Shown: one piece after another, positions 1-9,960 of the stretch
How the letters are laid out: every line of letters begins with the position of its first letter
Numbering within the stretch: the first letter of the stretch is position 1
DNA from: Deltaproteobacteria bacterium
Lineage (GTDB): Bacteria; Desulfobacterota; WTBG01; CAIYCZ01; CAIRTM01
Assembly: GCA_016932595.1 (NCBI GenBank)
Contig: JAFGCP010000309.1
Coordinates: forward strand, 1-39,555
Reading direction: 5' to 3'
DNA: 39,555 bases
Notes under the pieces: model-generated
The model's input: only the letters and a program-made list of their open reading frames with translations
Database searches by the model: none
What the model was told of the DNA's origin: nothing
Translations under genes and position numbers: made by a program

Positions 1-588
1 AACGGCAGTTTTGACGAGGGCTCGGCAGGGCCGTTTGCCACCTACTACTATGATAGAGACGGCGACGGCTATGGTTCCCAGTCCTTCACAACGGTCTGCA
101 CCGGTCATGTGCCCGAACACTATGTGTCCGACAATTCCGACTGCAATGATTACAATGCCAGCACCAGGGACAACACCTATTACCACGATGAGGACGGCGA
201 CGGGTACGGTGATGCCGATACAGTGATGCTGGCCTGCGAAGCACCGGCGGGTTTTGTGACCGATAATTCTGACGTTGACGATACCGATCCTTTTTACACC
301 GACTTCATGCCGACTTGCGCAATAAAAATAATTCCCCGCATACTTGGCAGGCTCATTGGCGATAGAGAAAGGACCAGATCCCTGCTTATCATTGGTGAGA
401 GGGGCACGGAATTTGGCGAAACCCCGGCTGTAAAATGGGAATCCGATGCAATTGGCGTTTTAAGAACGCGCGTTTTTTTCAAGCGGTTCATGTTCATGCG
501 GGCGATGTTCAACGGTGAGCCCCTTGCTACACAAGAGTATCGAGTGCTTGTTGACGCTTGCGAGGGCTCGATCTCATGGGTGAAATGA
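1..588 (+). CDS. 3' part of a probably secreted protein with DxDGDG/DC acidic repeats (putative metal-binding motif, MopE-related repeat); begins upstream of the window
   Basis: Frame +1 is open from base 1 (NGSFDEG...YYYDRDGDGYG...C...DNSDCND...YYHDEDGDGYG...ACEAPAGFVTDNSDVDD), giving two repeat units; TGA ends at 588. Confidence 0.75.
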   Translation, partial: NGSFDEGSAGPFATYYYDRDGDGYGSQSFTTVCTGHVPEHYVSDNSDCNDYNASTRDNTYYHDEDGDGYGDADTVMLACEAPAGFVTDNSDVDDTDPFYTDFMPTCAIKIIPRILGRLIGDRERTRSLLIIGERGTEFGETPAVKWESDAIGVLRTRVFFKRFMFMRAMFNGEPLATQEYRVLVDACEGSISWVK

Positions 589-640
589 GTGCAGGCAGCG
601 CCTGCTGATGCATTAAGCTGCTTCCACACAAGAATATATG

Positions 641-682
641 CCCCGTTCATCTGTTGAACCATCAGGGTGAACGGGGTTTTTT
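641..682 (+). terminator. Rho-independent terminator
   Basis: Stem CCCCGTTCA (641-649)/TGAACGGGG (668-676) followed by T6, downstream of the first CDS. Confidence 0.8.
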
Positions 683-908
683 ATGCAGAGTGACATAAAA
701 AAGCAGATACCGCCGTTCTTTATATGGTAGTCAACGTGCATCAGAAAAAACCCGTAGTATGAGATGATTGTACAATAGTAACGGTGCCAAAGTCGCGCTG
801 ATATCATGGTAGTTTTTTTATAGACTGCTGTGCATGCTGCAGTTGTATTTTTTATCGCCTTTACCCTACTGACCTTTTTCTTCATGAGAGGGTCATGTAA
901 TTCAAAAT

Positions 909-944
909 AAAAAAGCACTCAGCCGGTAATGGCAGAGTGCTTTT
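909..944 (-). terminator. Terminator of tRNA-Glu (possibly bidirectional)
   Basis: AAAAGCACTC-AGCC...GGC-AGAGTGCTTTT inverted repeat with A/T tails, directly 3' of the tRNA. Confidence 0.75.
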
Positions 945-952
945 AATTTTTA

Positions 953-1025
<73 letters not shown>

Positions 1026-1045
1026 TTGTTGTTAATTATCAAAAG

Positions 1046-1074
1046 AAAATAGCATACTAATTATTGAGAGGCAA
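1046..1074 (-). promoter_or_regulatory. Putative sigma70 promoter of tRNA-Glu
   Basis: TTGCCT-N17-TATTTT with an extended -10 TG, about 20 nt upstream of the tRNA. Confidence 0.5.
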
Positions 1075-1107
1075 GGATTTTATGGGCAGTTGCGGTAAAA
1101 AATGGCA

Positions 1108-1731
1108 CTAAAAACCAGTATCTTCCGATGAGCTGTCGTGTTTGGCAGCATCAGTGGCTGCCGTATGGAAGCGGTTCATTGCGGCTGCGACGCCCTGTGT
1201 GAGCAGCATTTCCAGACACTCATGCACCTTTGCTGTGAGGAGATCCAGTTGATTGAGCTCCTGGGTGGAAAATGGTTCAAGTACATAGTCTTGGCCTAAG
1301 ATATCATCGGAGGGAGGGCGCCCTATGCCGATGCGCAGGCGTACAAAGGCGTCGGTGCAGAGCTGGTCAATAAGTGATGCGATACCGCGGTGGCCGGCGC
1401 TGCCGCCGCGGACTTTTATTTTGATGCTGCCAAATGCCACATCCATGTCATCGTGTATGACGATTATATCCTCTGCAGCAATGCAGAAGGATTCTGCGAG
1501 GGCGCTGATTGCCTCGCCGCTGCGATTCATGAATGTCTGGGGCTTGGCGATAATGACCCCCTGTTCGCACCAGGTGCCGTGACCGAGCAGGGAATGAAAT
1601 TTCATTGTGTTCAGGGCAATGCCTGTTTCCTTCGCGATGCGATCTGCCGCCATGAACCCGATATTGTGTCTGGTCAGGCTGTAGGCATCGCCGGGATTGC
1701 CAAGACCTGCTATGAGCTTCACGGGACGCAT
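1108..1731 (-). CDS. pth: Peptidyl-tRNA hydrolase
   Basis: LIAGLGNPG, TRHNIGF, KPQTFMNRSG, HDDMD, GGSAGHRG, RLRIGIGRP motifs; prs-rplY-pth synteny. Confidence 0.97.
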   Translation of the reverse strand: MRPVKLIAGLGNPGDAYSLTRHNIGFMAADRIAKETGIALNTMKFHSLLGHGTWCEQGVIIAKPQTFMNRSGEAISALAESFCIAAEDIIVIHDDMDVAFGSIKIKVRGGSAGHRGIASLIDQLCTDAFVRLRIGIGRPPSDDILGQDYVLEPFSTQELNQLDLLTAKVHECLEMLLTQGVAAAMNRFHTAATDAAKHDSSSEDTGF

Positions 1732-1792
1732 ATCATGCTTTTATGCGGCAGGCAGTTATGAGCAACAATCATTGGCTGCCTGCCGGACGGCA

Positions 1793-2497
1793 TTACTTTT
1801 TGGCAGGAGCTGCTTTGGCAGCCGCAGGCTTGGCTGCAGCCGCAGGAGCTGCTTTGGCAGCCGCGGGCTTGGCCGCCGCCGCCGCCGGAGCACCTTCACC
1901 TTCAGTCTTTTCTTCTTTGGCAACGATGGGCGCCATGATGTTGACAACGCCCGCTTCCGCATCGGTGAGAATCTGGACACTTGCCGGAACATGCAAATCT
2001 TTTACATGCACGGAATCGCCGATTTCCATTGCGGTCACATCAATATCAATATGCGGCGGTACATCAGCCGGGAGGCTCTTGACCTTGATTTCATGCAGGA
2101 GATGGCGCAGGATGCCGCCATTTTTGACGCCAATGGCCTTGCCCATGATACGCACATGCACGGGGGCTATGATCTTTTCATCCATGCGTACGGCAAAAAA
2201 GTCGATGTGCCGGATTCTATCTTTGATCGGGTCGCGCTGGATGTCTTTAATCACGACCATGGTTTCTTTTTCATCCGCTGCATTGACAATCAGTTTGTAG
2301 AGCTGGTAGTCCTGCATATCCTCGTGGCCCGGACGGAACAGTTTATCCATTTCAGTGGCATTGACGCTGAGTGAAAGGGCGTCATAATGATGACCGTACA
2401 CAACCGCCGGTATGAGTCCTTGTGCGCGCAGTTTGCGGTTAACGCCTTTGCCTGCGCCCTCGCGGGATGTTGCGGTGATGGTAATTGTCTGACTCAT
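1793..2497 (-). CDS. rplY: 50S ribosomal protein L25/Ctc (long form) with Ala/Lys/Pro-rich tail
   Basis: GKGVNRKLRAQGLIPAVVYG, QRDP..HIDF, GVKNGG, IGDSVHVKDL. Confidence 0.96.
   Translation of the reverse strand: MSQTITITATSREGAGKGVNRKLRAQGLIPAVVYGHHYDALSLSVNATEMDKLFRPGHEDMQDYQLYKLIVNAADEKETMVVIKDIQRDPIKDRIRHIDFFAVRMDEKIIAPVHVRIMGKAIGVKNGGILRHLLHEIKVKSLPADVPPHIDIDVTAMEIGDSVHVKDLHVPASVQILTDAEAGVVNIMAPIVAKEEKTEGEGAPAAAAAKPAAAKAAPAAAAKPAAAKAAPAKK
1803..1880. repeat. 39-bp tandem duplication encoding 2x AAAKPAAAKAAPA in the L25 tail
   Basis: GCAGGAGCTGCTTTGGCAGCCGCAGGCTTGGCTGCAGCC (1803-1841) is repeated with few mismatches at 1842-1880. Confidence 0.85.
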
Positions 2498-2541
2498 GGT
2501 GCCTCCTTACAACTGTTGGTATAGGGTAACTATATATGTGT

Positions 2542-3483
2542 TTATATGAAAAGCGAGCTTACCGAGTCGTTGTTATGAATGCGCTTGATGGCAACGGAAA
2601 AAAGTTCGGCAATGGACAGCACTTTTATTTTATTCGACGCCGCGCCTTCAGCGGTGAGCGGAACCGTATCGGTCACAACAATTTCTTCGAGACATGATGC
2701 ATTGATTTTTTCCAGGGCTGTACCCGAAAGCACGGGATGCGTGCAGCAGGCGGCAACCGACAGAGCCCCTCGCGAACAGACCGCGTCTGCAGCCTTAGTA
2801 AGCGTTCCTGCAGTGTCAACCATATCGTCAAGCACCAGAGCATGCTTGCCGTCTATATCGCCGATGATATTCATGACCTCGGCTTCATTTGCCCGCAGGC
2901 GCCTTTTATCGATAATGGCAATTGTTGCGCCAATGCGTTTTGCCATGCTGCGGGCCCGCTCGACCCCACCGGCATCGGGTGAAACAATGACAACTTCCTT
3001 GCCGGCGTATTTTTCCTTCAGGTACTGGTAGATAATCGGCGAAGCGAAAAGATTGTCAACAGGGATGCTGAAAAAGCCCTGTATCTGGCCGGCATGCAGG
3101 TCGATAGTCAGTACGCGGTCGGCACCTGCCGTGGTCAGCAGATCGGCAATCAGTTTTGCCGTTATCGGCACCCGGGGTGCGACCTTGCGATCCTGGCGGG
3201 CATATCCGTAGTAGGGGATAACTGCGGTAATTCTTTCAGCCGATGCCCGTTTCAAAGCATCCATCATAATCAGGAGTTCCATCAGGTGGGTGTTGACGGG
3301 ATTGCAGGTTGACTGCACAACAAAAACATCCATGCCGCGCACGTTTTCCTGCACTTCGACCATGGTCTCGCCGTCGCTGAAGGCGCCTACTTTGGCTGCC
3401 CCCAGAGGCTGATTGAAATATTTGCAGATTTCATTGGCCAGGGCCGGGTTTGCATTGCCTGAAAAGATTTTAAGATTATTCAC
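2542..3483 (-). CDS. prs: Ribose-phosphate pyrophosphokinase
   Basis: FSDGE, YYGYARQDRK, DLHAGQIQGFF, VSPDAGGVERA, DDMVDTAGT; GTG start after an AAGGAG RBS. Confidence 0.98.
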   Translation of the reverse strand: MNNLKIFSGNANPALANEICKYFNQPLGAAKVGAFSDGETMVEVQENVRGMDVFVVQSTCNPVNTHLMELLIMMDALKRASAERITAVIPYYGYARQDRKVAPRVPITAKLIADLLTTAGADRVLTIDLHAGQIQGFFSIPVDNLFASPIIYQYLKEKYAGKEVVIVSPDAGGVERARSMAKRIGATIAIIDKRRLRANEAEVMNIIGDIDGKHALVLDDMVDTAGTLTKAADAVCSRGALSVAACCTHPVLSGTALEKINASCLEEIVVTDTVPLTAEGAASNKIKVLSIAELFSVAIKRIHNNDSVSSLFI

Positions 3484-3593
3484 GAGAGACTCCTTTTGTA
3501 TGCTCCTGACACAGAAGCGCAGGACAAAGTATTATAGGACATTGCTGAGCAATGGGTTCCTGCGTTGTCTCTGTATGCGCTTGAAGCTCGATC

Positions 3594-4460
3594 TTATTCC
3601 TGGCAAAGACCCGGGGCCATGAAAATGTCGCCGCTCAGGCTTTTCGCGAGCTGCACAACAGCTTTGTCGCAGACCTCGCGGTTTTTAAAAACGCCAAAAA
3701 CCGATGAGCCGCTGCCGCTCAGCAGTGCGCCTTCGGCACCCGCCTGTATAAGACTTTTTTGTATAGCGGCAATTTCGGGATGCCTGGGTATAACCACCTG
3801 CTCAAAGTCATTATGCAGAAGCGTAAGCACCTGTGCAAGGTCATCAATAGAATTCGGTAAAATACTATTTTTTTGTTGATTTGTCAATATGATATCTTTG
3901 CTGTAGGTTGCGTACGCCCATGCCGTTGATATGCTGAAACGGGGGAAAACAATGATAAACCAGAGCTCAGTGCGCAGGTTGACCTGCTGCAGGATTTCAC
4001 CGATACCGTCGGCGCTGGCTGTTGGCCAGGGTGAAAGAAAAAAAGGCACGTCAGCTCCAAGACTGATGGCATGCTGCTGGAGATCGTGCAGTGAAAGACC
4101 CAGGTCAAACAGCCTGTTAAGGCCTTGAAGCGCAGCCGCCGCATCGCTGCTGCCGCCGCCAAGACCTGCCCCGGCAGGTATCCGTTTGTGCAGCTTGATG
4201 TTTATGCCCCAAACTCCTTCGCGGCGTCTCATCAGGAGCTCTGCTGCCCGGTACACGAGATTTGTACAATCTGATGGAACGGCCGGGTTGTTAACAGTAA
4301 GACATATACCGGGAACAGCTGATTTTTCCAGTGTCAGTTCATCGAAAAGGCCTATTTTTTGGAATATGGTGCTTATTTCATGATAGCCATCCGGCCGTTT
4401 TTTGATGATTTTCAGGCACAGATTGACCTTTGCAGGGGCTTTGATGACAAGTGATTCCAT
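3594..4460 (-). CDS. ispE: 4-diphosphocytidyl-2-C-methyl-D-erythritol kinase
   Basis: APAKVNL, KRIPAGAGLGGGSSDAA, LGADVPFF, NDFE, LSGSGS. Confidence 0.97.
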   Translation of the reverse strand: MESLVIKAPAKVNLCLKIIKKRPDGYHEISTIFQKIGLFDELTLEKSAVPGICLTVNNPAVPSDCTNLVYRAAELLMRRREGVWGINIKLHKRIPAGAGLGGGSSDAAAALQGLNRLFDLGLSLHDLQQHAISLGADVPFFLSPWPTASADGIGEILQQVNLRTELWFIIVFPRFSISTAWAYATYSKDIILTNQQKNSILPNSIDDLAQVLTLLHNDFEQVVIPRHPEIAAIQKSLIQAGAEGALLSGSGSSVFGVFKNREVCDKAVVQLAKSLSGDIFMAPGLCQE

Positions 4461-4468
4461 GGCTGAAT

Positions 4469-4870
4469 TTACTGGGCGTCTTTTTTCAGTTCTGCCACGT
4501 ACCGCATGCGCAGGTCATACAGCAGGGTTTCCAGCAGTTGGCTCTCATCCCGTGCAAGGTTTCCGACGGTTTTTTCCTTTAAAAGTCCAAGTATATCTAT
4601 CGTCTGCTTGGCAAGGGGCAGGTTGCGCTGCGTCTGGTTTGTTGCCGGATCAGGAATATCTCCCAGATGGAAAAGTGCGGATGAACTAAGGGATATGATA
4701 AAAGAGGAGAAATTAATTTCAGGCAGGTCTTTTGCGCTCATGCGATCATGAGAGGCGTTTTTTTTACTTTCGCCTGCTGTTTCCTCCTGCCCTGCTTTTT
4801 TCATTGTTTCGTCCTGCGCGCAAACCTCTTTGTCTTTAAAAGTAAAGCCATTTCCCTGTTTTTCTTCCAT
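4469..4870 (-). CDS. DUF1844 domain protein
   Basis: LPEINFSSFIISLSSSALFHLG..P..NLPLAKQTIDILGLLKEKTVGNL...E..LL..LLYDLRMRYV; ATG at 4870 follows GGAGG; this family is commonly found upstream of ispE. Confidence 0.85.
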   Translation of the reverse strand: MEEKQGNGFTFKDKEVCAQDETMKKAGQEETAGESKKNASHDRMSAKDLPEINFSSFIISLSSSALFHLGDIPDPATNQTQRNLPLAKQTIDILGLLKEKTVGNLARDESQLLETLLYDLRMRYVAELKKDAQ

Positions 4871-4910
4871 ACAGGCCTCCCTCGTCATTTCATGCATACA
4901 TGAGTTTTTA

Positions 4911-5489
4911 TTATTTCTGTGTTTGTTTCCATGTGTAATAGATCCGTTGCAGTACGGTTACATGCGTCAATATCGCAAGGGCCAGAAAAACGGGCTTCAT
5001 AAGATCGAAGTAGCAGCCGGCAACGATAAGAAGAATTCTTTCGGCGCGTTCCATGATGCCTATATTGCATATGGGGATGATTGTTTCAGCACGCGCACGC
5101 GTATAGGGGATCAGCACGCACCCCACGCAGGTGACTGCGCAGAGACTCACCATGAAGATGTCGGTATGCATTGAATAGTAAATGATAAAGGCAAGAAGTA
5201 TAGCCATGTCAGAGTACCGGTCAACAACGGAATCAATGAATCCCCCAAAGAGGGACGTTTTATTCATGGTTCTAGCGCTTGCGCCGTCAAGCATGTCGAA
5301 CAGACCGGCAACAAGAATGAGAATGGCGGCTGTTTTCCACCATCCGGGGATAATGAAACCTGTTGCTATCAAGTTGACCAGGAGCCCGGTAAGAGTGAGG
5401 GCCGTCGGGCTGATTTTTGCCAGAGGCCCCCTTTTGATGAGTCGGGAAAGCGGGCTGTCCAGTCTGTGTCCAAGCTTTTCACTGAGCAT
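4911..5489 (-). CDS. CDP-alcohol phosphatidyltransferase family membrane protein (PgsA/PIP-synthase-like)
   Basis: DMLDGASAR...GGFIDSVVDRYSD signature, YTRARAE, G.MERAER; ATG 5489 preferred because TTG 5531 lies in the dnaK terminator. Confidence 0.9.
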   Translation of the reverse strand: MLSEKLGHRLDSPLSRLIKRGPLAKISPTALTLTGLLVNLIATGFIIPGWWKTAAILILVAGLFDMLDGASARTMNKTSLFGGFIDSVVDRYSDMAILLAFIIYYSMHTDIFMVSLCAVTCVGCVLIPYTRARAETIIPICNIGIMERAERILLIVAGCYFDLMKPVFLALAILTHVTVLQRIYYTWKQTQK

Positions 5490-5529
5490 GAAAATTTTAA
5501 ATCCCTTAGAGTTTTTGTGGGCGGTACTC

Positions 5530-5566
5530 AAAAAAAGAGGATGAAACTGTATGCTTCATCCTCTTT
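5530..5566 (-). terminator. dnaK terminator
   Basis: AAAGAGGATGAA/TTCATCCTCTTT stem with a T-run on the minus strand, about 40 nt after the dnaK stop. Confidence 0.8.
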
Positions 5567-5604
5567 ATTTGATTTAGAGAGTCTTTTGTCAAGAAAAAAC
5601 CTGT

Positions 5605-7509
5605 TTATTTATCTGTTTCTTCGAATTCCGCATCAACAACATCGCTCTGCCCTGACGGGCCCGTGCTCTGGGCGCCAGGGCTGTCTGCTCCAGGCTGCGC
5701 ATCGGCCGCTGATGCCTTCTTGTACATGGCTTCGGCCAAGCGGTGAGAGGCAGTGTTCAGTGCCTCCATGCGTGCCTTGATTTCTTCCGTATTTCCCTTT
5801 TCTATGGCCTCACGCGTTGCCTTGAGCGCGTCTTCAACTGCTTTAGCGTCTGCCTCTGAGACTTTATCACGGTTATCCTTCAGGACTTTTTCTGTTGCGT
5901 AGACAAGGCTGTCTGCCTGATTGCGCACTTCAATTTCTTCTCGACGCTTTTTGTCTTCGTCTGCATGCGACTGGGCATCCTTGACCATTTTATCAATATC
6001 GTCTTTATTGAGACCGCTGGATGCCGTTATGGTTATTTTCTGTTCCTTCCCGGTTCCGAGATCTTTTGCCGATACGTTCACGATGCCGTTGGCATCAATG
6101 TCGAAGGTTACTTCAACCTGGGGAACGCCGCGCGGCGCCGGCGGAAGGCCTACAAGCTGAAACCGGCCAAGGGTGCGGTTATCGCGCGCCATATCGCGCT
6201 CACCCTGCAGCACGTGGATTTCAACGCTTGTCTGGTTGTCGGCAGCCGTTGTGAATATTTCACTCTTGCGTGTCGGTATTGTCGTATTGCGCTCGATGAG
6301 CTTGGTCGTGACGCCGCCCAGGGTTTCTATGCCGAGGGACAGGGGCGTAACGTCAAGCAGAAGCACATCTTTGACCTCGCCTGCAAGAACGCCCGCCTGT
6401 ACGGATGCTCCCAGCGCGACAACCTCATCAGGATTTACGCCCTTATGCGGCTCTTTGCCAAAAATTTTGCGCACCATTTCCTGCACTTTGGGTATGCGTG
6501 TCGAGCCGCCGACAAGTATGGCCTCGTTTATCTGGCTGGGCTGCAATCCGGCATCCTGGAGGGCCTTTTCGCAGGGAATGTGGGAGCGCTCTATGAGATC
6601 GTCGATCATCTGCTCGAATTTTGCCCGGCTCAGGCGGCAGTTGAGATGCTTTGGCCCCGATGCGTCAGCCGTAATAAACGGCAGGTTTATTTCTGTTTCA
6701 ACCGTTGAAGACAGCTCGATTTTTGCCTTCTCCGCAGCCTCTTTGAGGCGCTGCAGGCCCATTTTGTCCTGACTGAGGTCTATGCCCTGATCTTTTCTGA
6801 ATTCTGCAACAAGCCAGTCGATAATGCGCTGATCCAGGTTGTCGCCGCCAAGATGCGTGTCGCCGTTTGTTGATTTGACCTCAATGACATTGTCGCCGAC
6901 TTCGAGTATGGAAATATCAAAAGTTCCGCCGCCGAAGTCATAGACTGCAACTGTTTCCTCCTTTTGCTTATCCAGGCCATAGGCAAGGGCAGAGGCTGTC
7001 GGCTCGTTGATTATTCGCAGTACATTCAGGCCGGCTATCGTGCCTGCGTCTTTGGTTGCCTGACGCTGGCTGTCATTAAAGTAGGCCGGCACGGTGATCA
7101 CCGCATCTTTTATTTCGGTGCCGAGATATGCTTCAGCCGATTTTTTAAGCTTCTGCAGCGTTTTGGCTGAAATCTCCTGCGGTGAATATTGCTTGCCGCG
7201 CACTTCGATCCGCACATCACCATTGGCACCCTCGAGTACTTTGTAGGGCACCATTTTCATTTCTTCACTTACTTCATTGTACTTGCGTCCCATGAAGCGC
7301 TTGATTGAATAAATTGTGTTTTCAGGATTGGTGATTGCCTGCCGCTTTGCAACCTGACCAACCAGAATTTCCCCGTCTTTGGTAAATGCAACAACAGAAG
7401 GGGTTAGCCTGCTGCCTTCCTCGTTAATGATAACCGTTGGCTCCCCACCCTCCATGACTGCAACAACAGAGTTGGTGGTTCCTAAATCTATACCTATTGC
7501 TTTTGCCAT
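5605..7509 (-). CDS. dnaK: Chaperone DnaK (Hsp70)
   Basis: [43 protein letters not shown]-terminal DAEFEE. Confidence 0.99.
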   Translation of the reverse strand: MAKAIGIDLGTTNSVVAVMEGGEPTVIINEEGSRLTPSVVAFTKDGEILVGQVAKRQAITNPENTIYSIKRFMGRKYNEVSEEMKMVPYKVLEGANGDVRIEVRGKQYSPQEISAKTLQKLKKSAEAYLGTEIKDAVITVPAYFNDSQRQATKDAGTIAGLNVLRIINEPTASALAYGLDKQKEETVAVYDFGGGTFDISILEVGDNVIEVKSTNGDTHLGGDNLDQRIIDWLVAEFRKDQGIDLSQDKMGLQRLKEAAEKAKIELSSTVETEINLPFITADASGPKHLNCRLSRAKFEQMIDDLIERSHIPCEKALQDAGLQPSQINEAILVGGSTRIPKVQEMVRKIFGKEPHKGVNPDEVVALGASVQAGVLAGEVKDVLLLDVTPLSLGIETLGGVTTKLIERNTTIPTRKSEIFTTAADNQTSVEIHVLQGERDMARDNRTLGRFQLVGLPPAPRGVPQVEVTFDIDANGIVNVSAKDLGTGKEQKITITASSGLNKDDIDKMVKDAQSHADEDKKRREEIEVRNQADSLVYATEKVLKDNRDKVSEADAKAVEDALKATREAIEKGNTEEIKARMEALNTASHRLAEAMYKKASAADAQPGADSPGAQSTGPSGQSDVVDAEFEETDK

Positions 7510-7600
7510 ACTTGCCTCCTTAAATTTTTTCAGAATAGCTGATTTTTATTTTAAATATTAATATAATCTATAAACTAATATAGCTTTTTTCTTCTTGTGA

Positions 7601-7629
7601 AAGATAACCACGAACTGAGGGCGAGTCAA
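7601..7629 (-). promoter_or_regulatory. Putative sigma70 promoter of dnaK
   Basis: TTGACT-N17-TATCTT about 90 nt upstream of the dnaK ATG. Confidence 0.55.
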
Positions 7630-7786
7630 TGGCAGGACTGAAAAAATATACAATTTATTTCAAAGGGTTATGAATTCTGTAGCGCTTTTTTACAGTACAA
7701 CAGCAGTGCTGTTCCGTGATTCCAGGATAGGTGTTCGCGGGGTGACGCTTGTGTGGCTTTGAGAATATAAGCAAAGGCGGATAGAG

Positions 7787-9142
7787 CTAGATGGGCATTA
7801 TGTCTCTGTAGGAATAATTCTCAAAACGGGTATATTCATTGATGAAAGCAAGTTGTACTTCGCCGGTTGGACCATTGCGCTGCTTGCCGATAATCACCTC
7901 GGCTTTGCCCTTTGATTCCTCGGAATCGGGATGGTAGACTTCATCGCGGTATATGAACAGGATAACGTCAGCATCCTGTTCAATGGCCCCCGATTCGCGC
8001 AAATCGGCCATATGGGGGCGTTTATCAACGCGGTCCTCTACTTTGCGATTGAGCTGGGAGAGTGCGATGACCGGCACATGGAGTTCCTTTGCAAGCCCCT
8101 TAAGTGATCGGGAAATTTCGGATATTTCCTGCTCGCGGCTGTCTGAGCGGTTTTTTGATCCGGCCATGAGCTGAAGATAATCAACAATGATCATGCCCAG
8201 AGCACCCTGTTCGGCTTTGAGTTTGCGGGCTTTGGTGCGCATTTCAAAGACATTTATCCCTGGTGTATCATCGATATACATTTTTGAATCGGCAAGTCTG
8301 CCTGCTGCCATGGATAGCTTGCCCCAGTCTGTTTCTGCGATGTTGCCGGTGCGCAGTTTATGGTTGTCGACGCGGGCTTCACTGCACAGCATGCGCAGCG
8401 CAAGCTGTTCTTTTGACATTTCCAGGGAAAAGAGTGCTATGGGAATATTGGTTTCCAGCGATGCAAACTGAGCGACATTGAGGCAGAATGCTGTTTTGCC
8501 CATGCTGGGACGTCCTGCAATGATAATGAGGTCGGAGGGCTGGAAACCTGATGTTTTTGCATCGAGATCTGCAAACCCCGATGGCACGCCGGTGATAAGC
8601 TGTTTTTTTTCATACAGCCGCTCAATATCCTTGAATGTTGACTTGAGTATCGTTTTAAGGGGATAAAAAGAAGGTTTTATCTGGTATTCTGAAATCTGGA
8701 AGATGGTTTTTTCTGAAAAATCGAGAATATCCTCGACATTTTCTTCGGCCGTTGTTGCCTTTGAGACGATTTCGGTCGCAGAGTAGATAAGACTGCGCAG
8801 TATTGACTTTTGCCGGATAATTTTGGCATAGTACTCAATATTGGCGGCGGTCGGGATTTTTTCAAGCAGGTCGGCGAGATAGGAAGCCCCTCCGACTTCA
8901 TCGAGCTTATTTTTTCTTTTCAGTACTTCGGTGACGGTGATAAGATCGGCGGGCTCGTTTTTTTCATACAGATCAAGCATCGCCTGATAAATCTGGCGAT
9001 GCGACTCGCGGTAGAAATCATCGGTTTTGATTATTTCAAGAGCCTTGAACAGCGCTTCATTTTCCAGCAGGACTGAGCCTAGAAGCGATTGCTCTGCTTC
9101 CAGGTTCTGCGGGGGTACGTTCTGGAGAGAGCTGCTGCCCAT
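7787..9142 (-). CDS. dnaB: Replicative DNA helicase
   Basis: PPQNLEAEQ, AGRPSMGKT, FSLEM, IVDYLQL, LSQLNR, DLRESGAIEQDAD, KQRNGP; start 9142 (ATG) or 9175. Confidence 0.98.
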   Translation of the reverse strand: MGSSSLQNVPPQNLEAEQSLLGSVLLENEALFKALEIIKTDDFYRESHRQIYQAMLDLYEKNEPADLITVTEVLKRKNKLDEVGGASYLADLLEKIPTAANIEYYAKIIRQKSILRSLIYSATEIVSKATTAEENVEDILDFSEKTIFQISEYQIKPSFYPLKTILKSTFKDIERLYEKKQLITGVPSGFADLDAKTSGFQPSDLIIIAGRPSMGKTAFCLNVAQFASLETNIPIALFSLEMSKEQLALRMLCSEARVDNHKLRTGNIAETDWGKLSMAAGRLADSKMYIDDTPGINVFEMRTKARKLKAEQGALGMIIVDYLQLMAGSKNRSDSREQEISEISRSLKGLAKELHVPVIALSQLNRKVEDRVDKRPHMADLRESGAIEQDADVILFIYRDEVYHPDSEESKGKAEVIIGKQRNGPTGEVQLAFINEYTRFENYSYRDIMPI

Positions 9143-9161
9143 GAAGCTTCCCCGATGCTCC

Positions 9162-9605
9162 TTATTCTTTGACAACCCATACTTTCAGATTGGCTGTTAT
9201 ATCAGAATGTACTTTAATCGGCACGGTGAAAATGCCAAGGCTTTTGATCGGCTCATCAAGCAGTATTTTCTTTTTGTCGACTTCAATGCCTTCATTTTTG
9301 AGGCTGGCGTAAATGTCGGCTGAGGTGACGGAACCGAAGAGCTTATCCTCTTCGCCGGCAGCGCGAATTATCGTACAGGAGATGCCCTCGATTTTTTTTG
9401 CAACGCCTTCGGATTCTTTTTTCAGTTTGTTCAGCTTTGCCTGGATCTGGCGCTTCTGGTGCTCAAGCTGCTTGACATTTTCAGTTGTTGCAATTATTGC
9501 CATGCCGTTTGGTATCAAGAAATTTCTGGCATAGCCGTCCTTAACTTTCAGCATGTCGCCTGCGGAACCGCGATGCGCTACATCTTCAGTCAAAATAACC
9601 TTCAT
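9162..9605 (-). CDS. rplI: 50S ribosomal protein L9
   Basis: MKVILTEDV..G..G..VKDGYARNFLIP, KLFGSVT. Confidence 0.98.
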   Translation of the reverse strand: MKVILTEDVAHRGSAGDMLKVKDGYARNFLIPNGMAIIATTENVKQLEHQKRQIQAKLNKLKKESEGVAKKIEGISCTIIRAAGEEDKLFGSVTSADIYASLKNEGIEVDKKKILLDEPIKSLGIFTVPIKVHSDITANLKVWVVKE

Positions 9606-9639
9606 TGTTGAGGCCCCTTACCTGATACGTGGGTTAAAA

Positions 9640-9891
9640 TTAAAAGGATGTTACGGAAAAAGGCATGATCGAAAGCACGCGGGCGCGCTTTATTGCCCTT
9701 GCCAGTTCCCGCTGATGCTTGGCACAGTTTCCGGAAATTCTGCGGGGAATTATTTTTCCGCGTTCGGTGATGAAGTGCCGCAATGTGTTGTAGTCTTTAT
9801 AGGCTATATCAAGGTTGCTGTCCGAGCAGAATCGGCAGATTTTGCGCTTGGTATAAAATGGTTTTCTTTTTTGTGTTCTCCGTTTAATCAA
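9640..9891 (-). CDS. rpsR: 30S ribosomal protein S18 (Cys-containing, Zn-binding type)
   Basis: CRFC, YKD...[23 protein letters not shown]; TTG start. Confidence 0.97.
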   Translation of the reverse strand: MIKRRTQKRKPFYTKRKICRFCSDSNLDIAYKDYNTLRHFITERGKIIPRRISGNCAKHQRELARAIKRARVLSIMPFSVTSF

Positions 9892-9960
9892 CTTGACCTC
9901 CTACCGGTGACTGTATGTTCAAAAGGCTGTGAGCTGTTTGGTTGTATGGTTACGGCGCTT

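Noticed and set aside
613-918. 101-aa minus-strand ORF in the AT-rich spacer
   Set aside because: It crosses two terminators and has no RBS or recognisable motif.
914-941. CIRCE-like arms AGCACTC...GAGTGCT
   Set aside because: The spacer is 14 nt rather than 9, the TT/AA ends are missing, and it lies 3' of a tRNA with T-tails, so it is better explained as a terminator.
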